From contig OZ287756.1 in the NCBI GenBank assembly GCA_965649765.1, forward strand, positions 67,146,001 through 67,210,000: DNA of 64,000 nucleotides, written 5' to 3'. The notes under the pieces were generated by a model, which saw only the letters and a program-made list of their open reading frames with translations, did not search any database and was not told the origin of the DNA. The translations under genes and the position numbers were made by a program. Below, piece after piece: positions 50,511-63,400 of the stretch (within the stretch, counting starts at the first letter, position 1; every line of letters starts with the position of its first letter). Source of the DNA: Bispira polyomma. Its lineage: Eukaryota.

Positions 50511-52329
50511 ACTTAATTTAAGTTAACCTTAATGCAGTTAGGTGGCCTTAAACTCAGTTTGTAAATAGCTTGCTAGTGATAACATAGTAATTAAACTAAT
50601 ATACTCCAACTGTGTCATTTACTGCATCCAATGTGATGAAATAAGCAAGGTCATTGGAGAGACACTGTGTCTGTCAGTTTAGTTCTGAGAAGGTCACTTT
50701 TTACACTTCTATATGATATTATCATGGCAGGTAGTGTAGTGGTATCGGTACAGGCTGGTGTGAAACCAGTATACAACTAAGATTTGAAAATTAATATATG
50801 TGAACATATTATTAAAACTAAGTGAGAATGTGGATTTTGGTCCACAAACAAAATATTACCCATTTTACTATTGTTATATTTTTCGTGCAGTTCGAAACAT
50901 ACATTAGTATATTAGTATGGGTAGAAAATACCTAAGTCGTAATATGTGAAAACTGAAATGGTAGTTTACTTACATTGTCCAATATAAAATGTTGCTGTGG
51001 ATGTATCCACACAAAGAACAATGCCATGTTCAATATAGTTCTCCTTATATTCACTCGGGAAAATGTACACCAACAAATTCTGTTAAAAGTTAGGTATCAA
51101 GGTAATCTTTTGATTTGAGTTCTGTATAAGGAAGGTTTTATATTTACACGAGAAGATAAAAGACGTCTGTGCTTTGTTACTAGTCTTTTCAATACATCCA
51201 AGTTTGTCACGTATCATATGTATCCCTCAAGCACAGTATACAAGGTTTCCCGTTTGATGTTAGAATAGCATTGAGTGAAAAGTGATCTATGTATTATACC
51301 TTCCAAGGTAAAGGCAAAAACAAGATATATCTACTAGGATAAAAAAGCACCACACCACCGCATATATGGGGTATTCTTTTCGTTGGGTTTTTGTGTGCAC
51401 GTTTTGTGGTGACATAATCATTTAATAAAACAAACAAGCATATTAAAATTAACCAGTATCACCAGGTTAATTGAACGTGTACCTATATAGTACTACTTTA
51501 ATACTAGGTGGTCTTGTTAAACCACTTTTACACGTATTTTGTCACAGTTAATTTTAGTATTAGTACTTCCAAATTACATAAAACAAACGTGAGTACATAA
51601 AAAATTATAATAACGACATATACAGAGACATGCAATATTTATACATGTATCTGTATACATAAACCTATTACATAACACAACTCAATATACACAGTCACCA
51701 GGGAGTGGCTTCATGAATATCAGATAAATAGGGTGCTATTGGAACTAATTATTAGTAAACTGATATTCAAAGTCATTAATTGTTTGAACATATTTACAAT
51801 TACAAAGTGCAAAAAAGTTACTTGAACTTGCAAAATATGTTTGCCACTTAAAACACCTGATACAATAGGCAAGTGAATGGTACTTATTGCTCACATCTTA
51901 GGTTACATTTAGTTAAGAGAAGGCATAGTAGAGGGCATAATGAAAGCTAGTGAAAATGGCGAGGGGTGAACATTATGGATAACTAATGGATGAGGAAGAA
52001 ATACTTTGCTGAAAGAAAGGGTAAAATAAAGAGGGGCAAAACAAACCAGTCGGGGTAACAAGATAGCAGACATTGGTAAGTTTGCTACTGTGTGACTGGG
52101 ACAAGTCCTCTCTGTGCTTTTCTTTTGTATCTATTTATCAAGTCAAACTGCCTTTATATAATGCTGTAGATAAAGGTCTATTGATATTTGCATGACAGGA
52201 ACCCACAGGGATCTATCAGTTCAGTTGCAAAAAATAGCCAAAATTTGCGTAAAAAGAGAATTCTAAATGCTACAGCATTATTACCTTTTAGTTGTATTAT
52301 TGGTACATTCCCATTTAGCTTTTAGAATA

Positions 52330-52520
52330 TGTTGTGATTTGGGCCCTGGACCGTGTGGAGGTGCGTGCAGTCCCCTCACCCCCCCCCCCCCCCCTGAGTT
52401 TACCGTATAGGGGGTGCCAGGGTAGAATATGAGCTCTGAGTAGCTGAACCCATCCCTCTGCTAAGTCAATAGGTATCACGGGTCCCGGACTAATCTCTGA
52501 CCTAATCTGACCTAATCTCT
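52330..52520 (+). mobile_element. Terminal B segment of the YR-element family (inverted relative to 23860-24020)
   Basis: gtgtggagg..cctgagttyaccg..gggtagaata..ctgcta.g.ca.tagg matches the reverse complement of 23870-24000. Confidence 0.75.
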
Positions 52521-52837
52521 GACGGTTTCATACATGCACTGTTATTAGGTGTTTAATGAAGTATTTTATGGGTGTTGAAACTCTCCACTTTTATGTCTAT
52601 AGAATGCTGATCAATTGCTGGGGTTTAACCCCTTCAACTCTTGATACTGATGTGCAGGTTATAGTCGTAACCTTAGGTTCGAACTGGTGCCCTAAAGGGA
52701 CATATGACTATTTTTGACATTTGTGATTTCATACGCCATGTGTTTATATTGCCACTGTAATTCTGCTAACTACTATTGACTAATCCTGCTATGCAATGTA
52801 TTTGTGGATTCATTTTACAATGCAAAACTACAGGAAA

Positions 52838-54170
52838 ACTTCGGTGGATACTATGGATTAGTCATTGTTACGCCGCTGCCGCCGCGTCAGTGTGTGTAGA
52901 GATTTTACCATTACCGCTCTCCGGAGGAAACTTTTACACCATGGCTCCTGAAATTTATAGGAAATGTTCTTTATTCCAAAAGCTTGCCTGGGAATAATTT
53001 TGGCCTTACTTTGATATACAAGATGACTGCCACGGGCGTTTCTTTGAAAATAATCAGGCTTTTAACTGTGTTTCTGTTTCTCAGCTGCAAAATTTTGAAT
53101 CTCTTTACGGGTGATATTGTTAACGGATATATATGTCCTTCATAAGCATGCAGATATTTGACCTTGAATTTCTTCATTCAAGGTCATCGACTAGGTGCCA
53201 AAGTACCCTAAGTGACTGATTTGTGCCAAACTTTCCCTAGTGCTTATCTTGCTTAATAATGGTCCTTGAGATTTGAGATCTGAAACAAACCTATAGAAAA
53301 TCAAGGGCTGAATATCTTTTCATGTGGTCCGATTTGACCTTGGGCCTCTCGTTCAAGATCAAATGCACATGGCCAAACTTTAAAGTGCCTATATCTCGCT
53401 TAATATTGGTCCTAGAAGTTTGGGATCTAACCAACCTATAACAAATCATAAGCAGGGAATCTTTTGATGTGCTCAGTTATGACCTTGGCCCTCTCCTCCA
53501 AGGTCAAATGCGGAGGGCCAAACTTAAAAGTCTGTATTTATCACATATTATTGGTCCCAGAGGTTGGAGTGCCAAACCAACCTATAGAAAATCATGGGCT
53601 GGAAATCTTTTGATGTTCTCAGATTTGACCTTGAGCCCCTCGTTCAAGGTCAAATGCAGATGGCCAAACCTAAAAGTGCCTATATCTCGCTTAGTATTGG
53701 TCCTACAGGTTTGGAATATGAAACCAAGCTGCAGGAAATTAAGGCCAGAGAATCTTTTAATGTGGTTCTATTTGACCTTGGGCCCCTCATTCAAGGTCAG
53801 TCTTGGTCAAACTTAAAAGTGCCTATATCTGGCTTATTATTGGTCGTACAGGTTTGGGATGTGAAACCAACCTATAGGAAATCATGGGCTGCTAATCTTT
53901 TGCTGTTGTCAGATTTGCCCTTGGATCCCTGGTGCAAGGTGAAACAGGCAGGCCAAACTTTAAAGTGTCTATCTCACACTTATTGGTCCTACATGTTTGC
54001 AATGTGAAACCGAATTGTGTGATTTATGGCTTTAGCATAAATGCCATATAGGAAATCATAGGCTCCTAGTTTGGTGTTTACCTTGCTACCTAAGGTGCTT
54101 GCTACCTAGGGTACTTTATCTTTCTGGTGGATACAAATATGCATCAGTTCTTCAATGCCCTAGGTCTAGT
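52838..54170 (+). mobile_element. Helentron/HINE-like non-autonomous element with ~145-bp internal tandem repeats (~5.5 copies, 53225-54010)
   Basis: GGTGGATAC near both ends, (GCC)n microsatellite near the 5' end, units AAACTTAAAAGTGCCTATATCTC..TTTGACCTTG near 53377, 53520, 53667, 53810 and 53956, 3' GCAT..ATGC hairpin followed by CTAG. Confidence 0.7.
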
Positions 54171-55119
54171 TGTAATTCACTTATATTTAATTAATTTGGT
54201 CGATTATTGTAAGCAAACACATTGTGTAAATATTATTGATTTCAAACCAAAAAGTTAATTTTACCTAATTTTGCTCTTTGCAGAATACTAAAAAACATCA
54301 ATGAAATCGGTATTCTTAAAAATGATTGGCATATGTGATAAAGACAATTTGTCAATGATTTAGGAGTGGTTGTTGCAGTGCAGTAAGTGTTGCAACATGT
54401 TGTTAATACGGCACATTTAATTTTGTACTCAAAGTTATATTTAGTGTAATTATATACATTTGATGTCATTGAAAGCTCTCACTAATTTTTGATTGGCAGC
54501 CCATGTACAGCCAATTAATAACTGCTATTTCCTTAAAAAGGGATTAAATATGCCCATGGTCTATATCCACAAGTTTATATAACCTGTCAATGTAAATTGA
54601 ACCCAATGGCCGAATCATAAATCTAAGTGGTCATCTGAGACAGTATGTATCTGTCTGTACCTGGGTTCAAACCTAAGCAAGTGTGATGCCAATTATGTCA
54701 CAGTGGCATTTTAGGTAACATCCACTTGTCATGAATTTTGAGCTATGTAACTGCATATACTACTGCAACTTAATTTATTTCAAAATATAAAGTATGTTTG
54801 TGAAACAACCACCCTTTATATAAACTTTACCATTTTATTAGTGGTAAATAATAAGCCAGCACATCAGAGTGCAGGCTCTACATTGTAAGTGTTCTAGTGT
54901 TAAATCATTATTAAATCATTGTTAAATCACCTTTATATGTATCACATAAAGGTGGCTCACAACCAGAGCATTTGCAAAGTGCAAACTGGGTTTTGAGACA
55001 CAATGTGAATGTAATACGTATTTCGGATTAAGTCTCTTGCTAGCAGTATTATGCATATTTGATGTTTTTGTTTGTATTTACAAAATATGAACAAAGTAAA
55101 ATAATTGTTTTTGTGTTAT

Positions 55120-56484
55120 TAATCTAGTTCCTGTGCCTCCCTTGAAGTCTTACTTTTTTCAGTCCCTGATAATGTCGGTTTATTTCCTTCTCTATCTGAA
55201 AACCCCGCCAACCTTTCACAATCCATAGCTTCATTCCTGGCATAACCTAGATCAAGATGGATTGTCTTCATACTTAACTTCAGTTTTTATAACAACATTT
55301 ATTATATTAATAATGTCATTAAGACTACACTGAGAACTGCCAGTAATGCTAGTAAAAACAGCCAGTCCGATGATTATTGAAACTAGTGTAAATAAAGAAT
55401 ATATACAAACTTTACAATTGACAAAATGTTGATCATGTATAAATTAAATACAATATGATTACCTACTCAACATGTATTCAATGTGTTCAAAATGAGTAAC
55501 ATGTAAAAAACGGCGTGTATGGTTATATTACTTGGATATTTGTAAAACTGATCCAAAATGTGTACAATATCAATATGACATACTTTAAATTCAATTTATG
55601 TCATACCAGTTATTTAACTAAGTAATTAATTTGTGTTATGTATTATGTACTACAAAAGGGATATTTTGACTGACTTAGACTTCAAGCATAATGAAAGTTT
55701 AAAACTGACACTTTCCCCCAGTCCAGCCGTTCTCACATCCAGCTCTGCAAGAACCGTCAAAATGAAGACAATTGTCTATACAGTTAGGTAAACACTAAGA
55801 GAAACACTTTACACCAAATGTGCCAGGTGGACATTCTGTGACAAAGACAAGATCATCAATATTTAATAATATAGATTAGTTTAGTATGGGATGAATGTCA
55901 CTTTAAACATGTTTTGTACCATGTCACAACGGGAAGTTAGAGCAGGGTAGTTGGTTGTTCTGCAAACCAAGTTTGTCAATTTTCCCACTGTTCTGCTACC
56001 ACTCCATTTGCTATCATTGCTAGAAAGAAATCCACTCAGCGGGTAAGACTATTCCCCCATTTCAGTACTACATACTGCTTTCTAATAATGTCAAGGACCT
56101 ATATATTACTATTGATTCTGGCTTCTCCTTTGATACTGACATCAGCAACATTTACTATCACATTTGTCGACCATGACAATCATTGTGTTTGGAGTAAATA
56201 ATGATTGCATCTAAAAGTTATTGTCAATTCAAAACTATTGATGTAGTCCCAGTTTTTGCAAGAACATTCACACATAAGTCAATGCATACCTCAAACAATG
56301 GCATTGGTTACATTATATGATTGGTTAAAATCCAGGAAATCCCTTTTTAAAGTTAAAAACCACTGTGAAATTGTCTTCCAGTTCATCTTTGATCTGCAAG
56401 AACCGTCCACATAAAGGCAACTGTTTTTACAGTTAGGGAAACACTGAGAGAGACACTTTACACCAAATGTACAGGGTGAATATT
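55120..56484 (-). pseudogene. Decayed 3' end of a tandem paralog of the receptor (truncated EGF exon 56484-~56390; EGF exon 55835-~55700 with TAG; frameshifted TM exon from 55382)
   Basis: The EGF exons are close copies of exon 11 (CPPGTFGVKCFS*CLPNCIDNCLHFDGSCRAGCENGWTGGKC). The TM relic reads VSIIIGLAV/LLALLAVLSVVLMTLLI* after a 1-nt shift. Intron sequence is shared with 19520-19870. Confidence 0.85.
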
Positions 56485-56869
56485 CTGTAAAAAGAGAAAG
56501 ATAATCAACATTTAATAAATTTTAAGTTATATATTATGACAACAGGCAATTCACGGTTGAAGAATATTCCACAATACATGGGGTGAAAATTCACAGGTCG
56601 CTGGGGTGAAGAAATGTATTTGTTACACAGAGTAATTAAAATGATACTAAAACAATTTACACGCAGGTAAATCGAAGAAACGTGGTAAATGAAAACATGT
56701 ATGCAATAGAAATGTATAAATTATCGGATGTAAACGTGCAGAAAGTAAAATGTTGTTTAAATAACTTAACATATATGTCCATGTTTCTGCTAAATTCACA
56801 ATCAATCAATGGCTGTGTGTGCCCATATTATTTTAGTTCACTCATTACCTATTCTCAATTAAATAACAC

Positions 56870-59750
56870 TTAACAGGTGGTATAACCATGGCGCTAGGTT
56901 ATTTACAGATGCTTAACTAGCTCAGTCTGCTGCCCTACTGGCTCTAAATATAGCCCTTACTTATACACATACTGCGAGGGTCTAAACCACCAGTTTAGAA
57001 GAAAGCTAGTTAAACACACGATGATCCAATTGTTTTGGCCTAGTGACCTGCTGAGGAGGTTTTATGGCATCCTGAAACCACAATAAACTTTCTGAAGGGA
57101 GGGTAAATGGTGGGTTGCAAATACACTCTCTCTTCCGAGATATTTTAATCAATGATGGCGATTGGTTGACACGAATCCCTTATATAGCTTGCCTGTGACC
57201 CATGGTGGCCTAAATATCTCCACCTAGCTTTGTACCAGAACTGAGTGTTGTGTTGCTTGGGCGTCACCAAACATCAGTTCTGTCGTACCAGGTCAGAAGT
57301 TTAGGGGCCATAGTAACCAGAGGACATTTATTATTAATATAAAGGTTAGTTCTAGGTTTGATGTACATAATGGGTGGCCTAAGGTCACCAAGACACATTA
57401 ACTATATAAAAACTTCTCGTGACTTTATGTCACTCTGTATTAGTATAGGGGTGACTTAGGGTCACCCTAAAGTAGTTTAGGTTTTTGACTTAAATAAAAT
57501 AGAAAATTTTGGTAAAGTCACCTTAACTTGAATTATTTTTTTACAGTTCTATCCATGTTCATTGTTCATTAGCCCTTAATGACTATGGTTAAGGTGACCC
57601 TAATTTTGTAGTAACTAAGGTTTTAACTAAACCAGTTAACTATATCCAGACCATTGAACTAAAGTTTTTACTATGCACATAACAAGTTACATATTTAAGT
57701 TTCACTGAGAAAATGAACTATAGCGATTTCAGGTATTGTGATGAACTTGATATTTTCATCGTTTTCAACTATTTCACTAATATCACTGCTTTGCATTTTT
57801 AAATAATTACATCAGCCATTGCTAGTTGCTTTAAGGTTGAGTATTGGCCAGTAGAATGAGGTACCAGATTTTATAATCACAGAAAAAAAATTGGTTAGGA
57901 GATAGACAACTTCAAAGACCTGTCCCATACAGGTGGTATTACACATAGAAACAATATTTGTCAAACTCTATACATCAATGATCTTTCTAAGTTGATCATT
58001 TAACGGTGCTAGTAACTGCACTGATTAATGAGTGTTATGTATGACACTGTAATAGTTCTAGAAAGCAAAGTAAGTCAAATACAGTCACCTTGTTAACGGG
58101 CCTTTCCATGAATGCACCATAAGCCAAGTACACCCCATACATTGCTGTATAGGCTCTGGCAGTAGACCTGCAGAAGGCCAAGTGCAGTTTTTGTCAGCAT
58201 TCTTAAACAACATGTGCTGAAGCTGGTTACTGCCTGAAAAACATACTGCTACAGGAAGAATATGTAATATTACATTTGGCTATTGGTCAACAAACATTCT
58301 TGTGAGACCTGCCACCATTGTGTCCTACGAGATTGTTCCTTTTGGCTGTGGTTTTGAGTGGTATTAGACCACCGAGATAACAAATCAGCCACCCTATTAT
58401 CTTTGCCTAGTATATGAATGACTTTCAATTCAACATCAAACTGGCTGGCTAACATGAACATATTTGCGTACAGGGCTAATGTCTCATCTCTAGTACGAGC
58501 TGTAGTTAGGACGCTAACAACTGCCTGGTTGTTGCATTGTATTAGCACTGTTTGTGCATTTTTCTCGCTCAGAGTGAGTCCCAGCTGACATTCCTCCTTG
58601 AGACAATGTTCTGCATGAGTGAGATACTGTTTGGTCGAGGCATAATTGATTGGATCTGAAGCAGTTTTAATTTCGATCATAACAGAGGGGAAATCCAAAT
58701 GTTATCAACAGAGGGAGTTGCCAGTCCGAATACTTGCCCCAAACTTCTGCATTCAATTGAGACTTAACTAGGACTTGTAGTCCCTTATAATTTGGACGAC
58801 CGTCTTGTCTAAGTCGCCTGTGTAGTGCAAATATGTATGTGGTGACCTCTTCGTCTCAGTTGTCAAGGACTACAGTCCCCAAGTCAGTGGTATATTTCCC
58901 ACCTTTAAACTGTTTAGAATATTCCACAGTTTATGTGTGGCACTCGGTTTAGCATTGCATACCCAACACCTATTTGTCATGATTAAGTGGATTCTCCTTT
59001 CCCATTATTAAGAGTCAACTAGTGTCAGAGTGTACCAATATCTGCTTAGGCTTGGTCGTGGTTCGGGCACCTACATTAGCCATATGTGTGACTTCCACAC
59101 CACACTCATTATCATTCCCTCAAGCGGGAGGGCGGGGGTTCTAACACAGTAAGTTGTAGAGGGGGAGGAATATTCTCACTCATGTCACATTGGTTTTTAT
59201 TTGTATCTGTGCAGTAAGTATTTACACACGCTACGAACTTTTCAGCAATAGGGAGTTCCTCCCAGAGGCGAAACAACCCAGTACACATGTTGCTCGATGG
59301 CCCCTGTTGGCCATTACTCTTTTAACAATGGTTTTTTTGTTTCGGCTGACTGTCCTCTCAACAGGAAGTGCACTGGGAGTTGTTGCTGGGAGTGGTTGTG
59401 AAAGCATCATCAATTTTGTGTGTTATGTGCTTTGTGAAAAAAGAGGTGCACTGATTGTCAGTGATAGTTTTTTACCTCCAACCACTCGCCCAGCATTACT
59501 CATTGTAACATTACTAACACCACAATGTTTTGTAACTTTCTTTACAACATCGCAGTCAGATCTAGTGATATCCACATATTTATTTACACACATGCATTTC
59601 TCAAAATAATTACTACCAAATAAATGGTGACCATTAAAAGTTGTACAGTCATCCATCCAAATGACTAAATAATTTGATATCCATATCAGCAACACATGTT
59701 GCTCCTGTTGATATCACATTTGGCATATACTAAAATAAGGAGAAAGCACT
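56870..59750 (-). mobile_element. Degenerate, internally deleted DIRS-group retroelement (pre-RT, RNase H, YR traces)
   Basis: GRPNYKG..SQLN..W..DWQL..FGFP (58.7-58.8 kb); LIQCNNQAVVSVL..HILGKDNRVADLLSRW (ORF 58270-58698). Confidence 0.8.
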
Positions 59751-61129
59751 TGTCAATGGATACTAGTATTAGTGTGGCTAATTCCCTTGTAAGTAGCCAT
59801 CTTGAGTACGGTAATTTTTTTCTGCCTAAGCGTAAAAAGTGGTAAATAATTAAATTACACTTAATCCAAAGCTATCTATGCAGGATCATTTTTTGTATGG
59901 GCATCCATATTAATGTATAGCCGAATCTTAAAATATTACATTGGCTTCCATTTGTTATGAAATTTGGTTTAAATGTCCGTGTCATCACTTTTAAAACTAT
60001 TGTCTCTGAAGAGCTCAATTCGTTCTTCTCACAAATAAACTTTGTGGTCGTGTGACGAAAAGAGTATTACACTAGTATGGCTGGCAAGGGTACAACGTAG
60101 GTTTCTTTTACCAAAAATAAGACTATTGACATTCATGATGAGACCAAAAATTAAGGTTTCATTAGGCTATCAGATGTAGATTATGAATTCATTTGCCCAG
60201 ATAAGGAACAAATTGCCATCACTAATGTCGATTACATGCTAGAAGTAACAACATTTATTAGTCACACTTGAGTCCTCAATTACAGGGCCTCAATTATGGC
60301 CTCAATATTAAGGCTTAGGAAGACATCCTTAGGAGACATCATTACAAGATTTTGTTACAGTACCTCAAATTTGGGTTTCCCCTATCATTGGAAAGGCCTG
60401 AACTACTAGATAACAGTAATGTCATCAGTCATCACTCTGCCATTCAATACCCTCAGAAGGTGAAAAAATATCTTCAAAATGTTGGGCCCATTTACAAAAA
60501 TATTTGAGACATACTACCATGCTTTCCCTCTTTTAACTAGGCCTAAGGACCTCAATAATTAGAATTATTCTCAACTTATCTTTCCCACATGACCTTTCAG
60601 TTAATAGTCAGGTTATTAGGGACACCTTTGACAAAACCAACTTTGCCCTTAGATTCCCTACCATAGATCACATTACTGAGGCAATTAAGAATACTCATGA
60701 TCCAGTAATATTTAAAATGGGCGTTTCCCCTGCCTTTGTAAATTTAAGAGTTGATCCAGTTGACGATGTCAAATTGGGCATAAATAGTGATAACGAATCC
60801 TACGTTGACGGTGCCGTTGCATTTGGGTGGGTGAATGGCAATGCGGCGTTTTCAGCGATGCTGTGATTTTGTGGTTTATTATTTAAAAATTACAGGGCTT
60901 CACACTGTTCTGTTACATTTATGATTATTTTTTCTCCTTCATAAAATGGCATCACATATATTTTACCTAAATATATCAACCACATGCAAGAAATTCACCT
61001 GGATGCTTGCCTGACATGTTTCGACGGCATTTGGAATAAGGAAGTGTATGCCCATATATAACATTTACAACCGAACTCTAGCCATCAAGCAATTAGAAAT
61101 GCTGAACATTGCCATAGCATTGAAGTTAT

Positions 61130-63400
61130 ATCAATTAAATTACAAGATTAAACTTTGACAATAAAATTGAAAAAAAATCTATATATTTGGACATCTAGAA
61201 TTTTATCTTGGAAAGGGAAAGTTACTATAATCAAAACGATGGTTATACCTCAGATAAACCATCTATTGTCTTTATGTCCACCCAACATTCTAGATAAAAT
61301 AGGCAGAATGTTATTTTATTTCTTGAGGGACAAAAAATAAAAATAAAAAAAGAAGCTGTAATGTAAAAATTATAATTCAGGTGGAATTATAATGCCAGAT
61401 GTTTTGAGGATACATATAACTGCTAAAATGAATTGGATAAAAAGATTTCTAAGGGATGAAACTTGTACTTCCAGGTGAACAAAATTAATCTGGCATATAT
61501 TCAATATAGAAAAAAGATTTAATAAAACACAAAATGACATCACTTATAAAGAGAGGTGTCGTAGTAATTTTCATAAACAGGTAATATGATGTTGGCATAA
61601 AATTAAATGCAGACATGATCAAAGTGTGGAGGAAATAGGCAACGAGTTTGTTTTTTGATAACATGTACAAATGCTCAAACCACATCCCTTTGGACTATAG
61701 AAACTTAAAACTTTCAAAAAATATTGCAAAAGACATAATGGTTAAAAAGCTATTTATTTATTTATTTATTTATTCATACTCTAAGTATACAAATACATAT
61801 ATTACATAATGTTAACAAAAGAAAAAAAAAAGAAAAAAAAAAAGACCACAACCAGGAAATTTTACGACAAAATTGACAACACTTTTAATCTGTACAGAAA
61901 AATTCTAATAAATTGTTCAACTCCTCTCGAGTGAACTGCGATGTTTTCACATCCCTGATGTAAAGTAGATCTTTAATATTTCCAAATGCCATCTTTTCTG
62001 CCTCAGTATATAGATTTGACACATAATTTTGTAAAACACTACTGAAAACCAATACAGGTGATAGCACTGTTTTTCGGTCAGAATGCAGGTGTTGAGAAAC
62101 TGCATTAATATTATTTCAAACGTTTGAGCAAATACCGTTTACTGCCAACTTAATGGCCATCTGTACACATATGTTTCTACTATCTATTGCACTTGCTACA
62201 AATTTACTAAAACGTTTAAACAATTGTATATCAACAGTGATATCATCACATATTAGGGTTATATATTTGCTATGTGTTCTATTTGAGAGATTAAACAGTT
62301 TACATACACATTTACGCCAGGTAACATACAATTTAGACATCATGGAAGAACTCATATCCCACAACACTCAGCCATAAAGGCACATGCAGAAACTTTTAAA
62401 CAGTTTGTACTTCATATTTACATGAGCAAAAAAAAGTTGATATTATGCCATTGAAGGATACCATGAAATTGTTAATGACTTCTTCCACTGCTCTATTATT
62501 ACAGTCAGGGCCAATAATGTGACCTAAATGTACTGCACTGGACTGACATGGTATAACTTTAATATTATGCATAAGATTGTCTATAGTGTTCCCAATTGAA
62601 AAATGCAGTAGTTGATATTTACTGGGATTGAAAAGAACATTAAGTTCATCACCAAATGAATCACATATTTCCAACATACATTTCAGAGAGTACTTTGTAG
62701 GAGAAACAATAACGGCATCATCAGCATATCCAATAGCTCCTAGAAAAACATTTCCAATGTAACATCTATAAATGACAATGATCATTTGTTAAAGTTTCAA
62801 GAAATTAAAAAGAAGCTGAACTGGAATGTGAGCCTCTTCAACTACATTCATGGAAACAAAAATTAAAAATTATTTCTCCAACAAAGAACTTATATAACAA
62901 AGTTTGCATTAAGGTCAAAGGGTGTTTGATTCATACAGATGAAGTAGCTAATAAAGAACTGCATTGTAATCTCATCAGTGGAGAACTAAAAGAACCAACA
63001 TAAAAAATACTTGGATTGACATGTTCCCTTTCTTAGAAGTAACTTCTTGGAAAATTTTTATTTTTTTGATCATTCATCGCACAGTTATTCAATCATACTT
63101 ACAGACTTTTCAGTACAAAATCTTTAACAGATTGATTGATTGTAATTATAATCTATATAAATAAAAAGAAATTAGAGCAAATCATTTTTGAAATTTCTGC
63201 AGTCATATTGATACTTTAGAACATCATTAATATTGATGTGCTTACAGTAAACAATTTTGGAAACAGTTAGAAAATTGGTTATTTCGTACAATTAACTTAG
63301 AATCAATACCAAATTTTACGATTTGTGAAGTGTTGTTTGGAATGGGAGAAATAAGAAAACATAATGCCCATATAATAAAGGAATCAAATGATTACCACTG
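61130..63400 (+). mobile_element. L1/Tx1-clade LINE 3' fragment, split by another LINE
   Basis: LYIWTSRILSWKGKVTIIKTMVIPQINHLLS, GGIIMPD; resumes after 62780 with FQYKIFNRL..C..LEH. Confidence 0.8.
61750..62770 (-). mobile_element. 5'-truncated non-LTR retrotransposon (RTE-X-like RT C-terminus) with (TAAA)n tail
   Basis: CYIGNVFLGAIGYADDAVIVSP..LFNPSK, HLGH, LYG.VLW..WRKCV; tail at 61751-61775. Clade assignment is tentative. Confidence 0.85.

Noticed and set aside
53469-54007. ORFs of 115 and 137 aa
   Set aside because: Read through the ~145-bp tandem units; no protein motifs.
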